This document shows positions 56,900 through 64,000 of a DNA stretch of 64,000 nucleotides, piece after piece. The stretch is from the human T2T-CHM13v2.0 reference genome, Homo sapiens. A model generated the notes under the pieces. The model had not been told where the DNA came from. It saw only the letters and a program-made list of their open reading frames with translations, and ran no database searches. The stretch's first letter is position 1. Every line of letters starts with the position of its first letter. The position numbers were made by a program, and so were the translations under genes. The stretch is taken from NCBI RefSeq assembly GCF_009914755.1, contig NC_060928.1. The stretch is one strand, 5' to 3'.

Positions 56900-58330
56900 T
56901 AGAAAGGAAATAATTTTAAAAATCAGAATGTAATAAGGAAGCAAATACATAATAGAGAATTTTTGAAAAGTCATCCTTTTAAGTAACTAATAAACTTTAA
57001 TATCCTAAATAGTCTTATTAGGAGCAAAGAGAGTAGAAAAAATCTACTAACATCAAGAATGAAAAAGGGGATATCTCTAGAGATCAAAAATTTTTTAAAT
57101 ATAATAAGACTATTACAGACAAGCGAACGCAAATAAATGTGAAAATTTGGATAGAGAAAAAAAACACACAAATGACCAAACAAAAAAAGAACTATAAAAT
57201 TTACATAGTTATAAATGTATTATACATTTGAATCTATAATTAAAACATTAAAAAGCAAAAAGCAAACCTCTTCACACCTAGATGGCTTCATCAAACACAA
57301 AATCTTTCAGAATGTAGAAAAAGAGTGAACACTTCCCAAGTTATTTTATGAGATCAGTATGATCATTTTTTTCTAACAGCTCACAGGTGTTTTCTAAGAG
57401 TCAAGTTATAGGCCCATTTCCTTTATAAAAATATATGCAAAAATCATAAGAAAGTATATGAATAAATCAAATCTAGCCATACATAAGGGTGATTTAATGT
57501 TTGCAAGTCAGTCAAATAATTAATCATTTTACCAAAATAAGGAGAAAAACAGGGCTATCTAAAGAACTACTAAGCATATGAAAACATCATTTGTCATCAA
57601 ATGACAAAATTATAACAAGATTTTATATGCAGACACTGTGTTGTTAAAAATTTTGATCACATCAACTGTTGTCAAGAATGGAGAATGTAGTTTTACTCTA
57701 CTGATGGAGGTATAAATTAGTACAACCATTTTGAAAAAAGCGTGTTTGAGAGGATATAGAGGATATACTCAATCTGGCCAGGCAGTTTCTCCCCCTGTGT
57801 CTACACCCAACAAAACATGTACCTGTATGGGGCAGAAAAAGTACTTAAGTATTACTAGCAGTATTATCTCTAATAGCCCCAATGCAGAAACAACAGAAAC
57901 GGCCATCACGAGTACAATGAACACTTTGTAATGTATTCACACACACACACACAAAAAAAAAACGTAAATAGCAATCTGATTGAACAAATTACTCTGGCAC
58001 ACCATTCCCTGGATTGAATCTCATAGATACTATCTGAGTTAAAGAGTGAAAAGAGCCTTTTTAAAAAGAGTACGTAATTGATGATTCCATTTTTCACAAA
58101 TTTGTAAAACTGGCCAATCCAATCTATAGTGTAAGAATCAGTGTGGTGGTGCCCTTTAGGGAGCAGTAGCTGGGATGCTGGGGAGGTTTTGGGGGTGTTG
58201 GCCATGTCCCACTTCTTCAGCTCAGTCATGGCTACGTGGGTGTGTTCACTTTGCAAAACTCTGTCAAGGTGTAGCATTCTGATGGGCTTATTTCTATATG
58301 TATGTTATTCTTAAAACAATTGTTAAGATG
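56900..58330 (+). mobile_element. Old L1ME/MC remnant with 3' UTR
   Basis: cctagatggcttca, ggagtataaattagtacaaccattttg, gatgattccatttt...gtatgttattc. Confidence 0.7.
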
Positions 58331-59339
58331 AAAAAATCACATTTATGGAACATGAAAATAAATAGTGAGGATATTGAATATATTTTAATTTAATCAGGGA
58401 AATTGGTAATTTTCCACAAGGAGTGGATTTAAAGGATATTTTATCAATTCTATGTTTAATCCTTCCTCTAAAAACAACCCAAGTTTACTAATAGTTTGGG
58501 GGATTAAATAAGCAACTGAAATATCAATAATTTAAATTCTGGCCATTATGAAACAATAATTGCTCCACTGGCCAAACAAGTGGAACTGAGGGGTCAGGGT
58601 AGTGAGGAATAGGGATCATTTAAGGAGTTACAGCTGTTAAGTCTATCTACATGTCCACAAATGGATGGCAAAGGGACAATTTTCTTTCAAATTAGAAGCA
58701 GTGTTTTCACAATTATTCCTTTCTGATTTCTCTTTTTTTTAACCCTGATAAAAAAAAAAAAAAAAAACACACAGTAGGTGTGTAAGGGGTGTGGAAGTTT
58801 TTGGTACTTATACTTATTTAGGGACAGCTGCACTATAGTACATTACAACTATCTGCTGCCATTGCCCAAGCCGTAAACCTGAGAGTGAGCCTCTTCCTTC
58901 TCCCGCAAACCTCACATTTACTCAATCAACAGCTCCTGTGTATTCTGCTTCCTCATTTTCTCCACCCTCACTTGTACAGTCTGAGTAATGGCTTTAGTCA
59001 ACTCTCTTCCAGACTATGCACAGCCTCCTAATTATTCTCTCAGCCTCTCTTGCCCAGTCTGCATCTGCACATTTTTCATACCTACTTTGACTTTTTGAAA
59101 ATATAAATATTATTGTATTACTACCCTGCTTAAAGTTCTTCAGGAAGATTCTGGAAAGATAGTGGGGTATCACCAGGAATCAGTTTTCCTTCTGGAGAGC
59201 AATTGCACTGACTGAATCTGTCTAACATAGCTATTTTGGAAATATGGAGTATATTGAAGGATTGCAATCTCCAAGGGAAGGCTTGCACAGTAAATTATGC
59301 TTGATGTTGGTCAATTTCAGCGCTTAGCTCTGGATCAGC

Positions 59340-59703
59340 TGCCTGTCTCTCCCTGTAAGTGCATGGCAGACAGTACACAAGCTACAAGACCAGCTTGCAT
59401 GCAGCTTGTGTGAGCCAGTCTTCAACCAATGGTGAGCAAGCCACAAGGGGAGAGAGGAAGAAGAGTAAAATAAGGTTTTTATTCCACCCTCTCCTCCCTG
59501 TGTGGTAACCAACCACAGGAAGATCTCTCCATATAGTTCTGTCTCCACAGTAACTGTTCCCAGCCATTGCTCCTTCAGGTCTAACAGCCTCAGGGTGGCA
59601 CACCAAGCCTTGTAGTTTCCTACACCTTTGTGAATAATCCCTCCACCAGTGCAAATGATCCACCTGGAGTATGCCATCTATTTCACCCCAGGACACTAAT
59701 TGA
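59340..59703 (+). mobile_element. Old ERVL LTR (LTR16-like)
   Basis: cagtaactgttcccagcc..ccttcaggtct..cacctttgtgaataatccc..gagtatgccatct. Confidence 0.5.
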
Positions 59704-61316
59704 TAAACTCATTTTTCTAATTATTCAGAAGCTATATACATGCTATTAAAATTTATTCATATATAATTGAATCGGCAGTACAATATTTCTTGGGATTTAT
59801 ATCTATTCTCATACATTCCTCCTTTGGGACATGTAAGTTGTTTGCAGTTTTTCAAGTCATAAATAATTCAATTATTAACATATTTGTGCCTACAGCTTGT
59901 ACTTAGACTACTTTTCTTGGATATAATTCTAACATTAAAATTACCAGGTAGTGTATGAATAATTTAAGGACATTTAACTCATAATGCCAAATTGCTTTTC
60001 CCAAGTGTTGGGCTAACTTATACTTCCAACAAGCAGTATTAGAACATTGCTTTTCCAATAGTATTGACATTTTAGGGCATTATTTTTAATAGTGACTAAT
60101 TTCATAGAACTCTCATTCCTTGTATCTACTATGTAATAAAAATACAGCACTCATATATCACCCATATATATGTCTCATTTATAAACCACTCAATTTGTCT
60201 CCCCATGTAGATAAATAAATAAGCTTCTCAAAGACACCTATAAGCAAATACCTTCCTAATAGAGGGGGCACAAACAGACTGAGCACTCAACTTGTTTAAA
60301 TCATGTAAGGGTAAAAAGTGTCTTACCTGTGTGATGTCATCAAACTATCAAGAAATGAGACCATGCTTTGAGAAGTTCCAGGTTCAAATCAGGTAGACAG
60401 TTCCAACACTGATTTAGCATGCATAGGAGCGATTAGACAAGAAGGCCAAGAACAGGCTGAGTAAGTAGTACAGATGTCAAGTCTGTACAACCAAAACGTT
60501 AGGAATCAAACAGTCCATATAAAACCAAACAGGTAAAAAGATTATGGGGAGAGAGAAACATCAACTAATGAATGAATGAATGAGGCATAAGATTAAGTGA
60601 TAGGAGGGGCAAAGCTTAAGTAGTTCCTGACCTGTGGCACAGATTCCTGGAGCAAAGTGCTAGTTACTGAGAGTTAATATTTGTATAAAATGCTTGGAAC
60701 AGTGGCTGGTACATATTAAGTACTACATAAGAGTTTGTTAAATTTCTTCATTCCTACCACCAGCATATACAGAGACCAAATCAATACAAATAGCAAAGTT
60801 AGTATAACATGCTAGTTTTGAAATGATTAATATGTAATATGTTTTTGGAAATTATTAGTTGATTTATTCCTTTACTCACAAATATTTATTCAGTGTTTAA
60901 TATGTGTCAAGCTCCCTCTAGTTGACAGATATATAGCAGTCAATAAAACAGATAAAGCCCCTACTTAGAGAGAGGCATTAAATGAACTAAGAATAAAATA
61001 CACTATCAGGTTGCAAAAATTTCAAAATAAAATTATATAAGGCATTAGATATAGTATGACTGAGGATGACATTTGAGACAGAATAATCCAAGCAATCCTC
61101 TATCATGTGATGCTACTTCATAAGAGACCTGATGGAAGTGAATAAATAAACCATACAAACCTCATACACTTGTGTTCTGGGAAGACAGCCCAGTAAATAC
61201 AAAGACTCTGAGGCATGCCATGTGTATTCACGGAACATTAAGAGGCCTGGATAACTGGAGTTCGGTGTGTGAAAAAGAAAGACATTGGATGTGAATTAAG
61301 AGTGGTAGCTAGAGTC

Positions 61317-61547
61317 GGCCGGGCGTGGTGGCTCACGCCTGTAATCCCATCACTTTGGGAGGCGGATCACGAGGTCAGGAGATCGAGACCATCCTGGCTA
61401 ACACAGTGAAACCCCGTCTCCACTAAAAATACAAAAAATTAGCCGGGCATGGTGGTGGGCGCCTGTGGTCCCAGCTGCTCTGGAGGCTGAGGCAGGAGAA
61501 TGGTGTGAACCCGGGAGGCGGAGCTTGCAGTGAGAAAAAAAAAAAAA
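61317..61547 (+). mobile_element. AluY with 3' truncation but retained A-tail
   Basis: gagatcgagaccatcctggctaac, gagcttgcagtgag|(A)n; 19-bp TSD aagagtggtagctagagtc. Confidence 0.95.
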
Positions 61548-62212
61548 AAGAGTGGTAGCTAGAGTCTGGACTCTGCAGGGTCTCACACTTGTAAAAAAGT
61601 TTACATGTTATTTTAGGTATGTAGGGAAGTCACTGTAGAATTCTGAGCAGAAAAAATCAGAGATACATTTTTAAAGGTCCATTTTGTAACGATGGGTATG
61701 CCATCGCAAGTATGGGTGGTAAACAATAAGTTAAAAGAGGTTGCAATGGAAATTTGGACTAATGTTATGATAGAAATGATTTTTAGAAAACAGTAAGTCA
61801 GGATGTAATTGACATACAGCAAAGGTGATTTGCTCATGAATTTAATAGAAGCAAGAGAAAGGGTGAAGTTAGGGGTACATTTGATTTTTGAAATGCGCAG
61901 CTTAGTGAATGGTGATGTATTTACCAAGGAAAAGTAGTGAGATATATCATTCAAGAGTTCAGCTGGATTCAAAGACATAATTGTGGAACTGAGAAGCACA
62001 TTAAGTATATTTACATGCAATGGTTTAGATGAGATTGCTTATAGAGTAAGCATAAATATAAGAGAAAAGAGTTAAGGACTGTGCCCTGGTGTACTCTAAC
62101 ATTTAGAGCTAAGAAAATTAAGAAGAATTGGATGAAGGTTAGTGAAATGGGTGGGGAAGGAAGCAGAAGAGAGTGGTATCCAGCAGCTAAAAGATTCTGA
62201 TGATTCAAGGAG

Positions 62213-62714
62213 AGTACAATGGAATACTATTCATCTATAGAAAAGAATGAAATATTGCCATTCATGGCCACATGGATGGAACTGGAGGATATTATGCTCA
62301 GTGAAATAAGCCAGGAACAGAGTTAAACGCTGCATGTTTTCACTCATATATGGAAGCTAAACAAAATTGATTTCATAGAAGTAAAAAGTAAAATGGAAAC
62401 TGGAAAGATTAGGGGGGATAGGGAGATGGGGAGAGAGTTGCTAAAGGATACTAAATTACAGCTAGATAGAAGGAATAAGTTCTAGGGTTTTATAACCCTG
62501 CAGGATGACTATAATTAATAATAATATATAGATTCAGGTAGCTAGAAGGAGAATAATGTCCCCAACACAAGGAAATGATAAATGTTTGAGGTGACAGATA
62601 TGCTAATTTCTCTGATCTGATAACTATATATTAGATGTATTGAAACATCACTAGGTACTCCATGAATATGTGCAATTATTATTTGTCAATTAAAAAATAA
62701 AATATTTTTAAAAA
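62213..62714 (+). mobile_element. L1MA 3' end
   Basis: atggaatactattca...catggatggaactggagg...ggaaatgataaatgtttgaggtga. Confidence 0.88.
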
Positions 62715-62805
62715 GAAGAAGCACACAATTAACTATGTCAAATGCTGCTGATAATTAAGATGAGAACCATGAAATTACTGCTGGGCCCAGTGATGTGGAG
62801 GTATT

Positions 62806-63991
62806 GTATTTTAAAATAAACAAATAATAATTATATATATTTATGGGGTACAATGTAATATTTTGGTGCAGGTCTACATTTTGGAATGATTAAATCAAGC
62901 TAATTAACATATCCATCCCCTCACATCATTTTTTTGTGGTGAGATTAAAGTCTATTCTTTTAGAAATTTGAAAATATACAACACATTATTATTAACTATG
63001 GTCATTAAGCTATGAATAGAGTACTAAAGTTTATTGCTCTTCTCTGCTAAACTTTGTAACCTTTTGGCCAACTTTTCCCTTTTCCCCATGCCAACCCCCA
63101 GGCTTCCAGCCTCTGGTAATCACCACTCTACTCTCTACTTCTGTGAGTTCAACTTTTTAGATTCCACATATAAGTGAGATTATGCAATATTTATCTTTCT
63201 GTGCCTGACTTATTTCACTTAGCATCATTACCTCCAGGTGCATCTATAATGTTACAAATGACAGAATTTCCTTTTTAAGTCCCTATAGCATTCCACTCTA
63301 TGTAGATACATTTTCTTTTCTTTTTCCTTTTCTTTTCTTCCTTTTTCTGTGAGACAGAGTCTGGCTCTGTCGCCCAGGCTGGAGGGCAGTGGCGCAATCT
63401 CAGCTCAGTGCAATCTCCACCTCCCAGGTTTAAATGATTCTCATACCTGAGCCAACCAAGTGGTAGCTGGGATTACAGGTGTGTGCCACTATGCCCAGCT
63501 AATTTTTGATGGGGTCTTGCTATGTTGGCCAGGCTGGTCTTGAACTTCTACTCTCAAGTGACCCGCCTACATCCATATTTTCTTTATCCATCCATCTATT
63601 GATGAGCACTTAGATTGATCCATGTCTTGCCCATTGTGAATAATGCCTTAGTGAACATGGGAGCAACTTTTTCTTTGGCGTAGTAATTTTAATTACTATG
63701 GATATACATTCACAAGTGGGATTATTAGATCATACGGTAGTTCTATGTTTAGTTTTTACATGAATCTCCATACTGTTTTCCATAATGACTGCATTAATTT
63801 ACATTCTCACCATGAATGTACCAGGGTTCCCTTTTCTTCACATCCTCACCAACGTTTGTTCTCTTTCTCCAAAGAAGACATAGAAATGTCCAGATATATG
63901 AAAAACACTCAATATCACTACTCATCAGGGAAATTCAAATTAAAAGCACAATAAGATATCCCTCACACCTGTTAAAGTGAACTATCAAAAA
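62806..63991 (-). mobile_element. L1MA with inverted 5' segment
   Basis: Antisense 3' part to ~63858; sense-oriented ORF2 segment 63866-63991; gtggaggt flanks both ends. Confidence 0.8.
63311..63568 (-). mobile_element. Alu (5'-truncated) inside the L1MA
   Basis: gagacagagtctggctctgtcgcccaggctgg...ctcaagtgacccgcc. Confidence 0.9.
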
Positions 63992-64000
63992 GTGGAGGTC

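Larger units (their letters stand above)
60870..62800 (-). mobile_element. L2a remnant hosting AluY and L1MA insertions
   Basis: caaatatttattcagtg...gatgagattgc...ccctggtgtactctaacattt...gtcaaatgctgctga. Confidence 0.75.

Overview
AT-rich primate (probably human/hominid) nuclear DNA: it contains Alu elements and an L1PA2-type insertion. I see no intact protein-coding gene, rRNA/tRNA gene or CRISPR array. Roughly half the window is interspersed repeat: about 12 Alus, old and young L1, L2, MIR, MaLR (THE1/MST/MLT1), MLT2, MER1B/MER5/Charlie and Tigger3 DNA transposons, a MER61-like solo LTR, and an internally deleted class I ERV with a tRNA-Pro primer-binding site and gag remnant (30710-34148). 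The most interesting signal lies in the non-repeat DNA. About a dozen minus-strand segments between ~54.3 kb and ~4.3 kb are bounded by good AG/GT splice signals, are stop-poor in one frame, and are often paired across 68-138 nt introns. The series starts with a strong-Kozak ATG exon and ends in a stop plus AATAAA exon. I infer a decayed, unprocessed multi-exon protein-coding gene (candidate unitary pseudogene) that I cannot name; this needs cross-species alignment. Several informative retrotransposition and rearrangement scars are also visible. Repeat subfamily names come from my recall of consensus sequences and need Dfam/RepeatMasker confirmation. Boundaries of old repeats are approximate.
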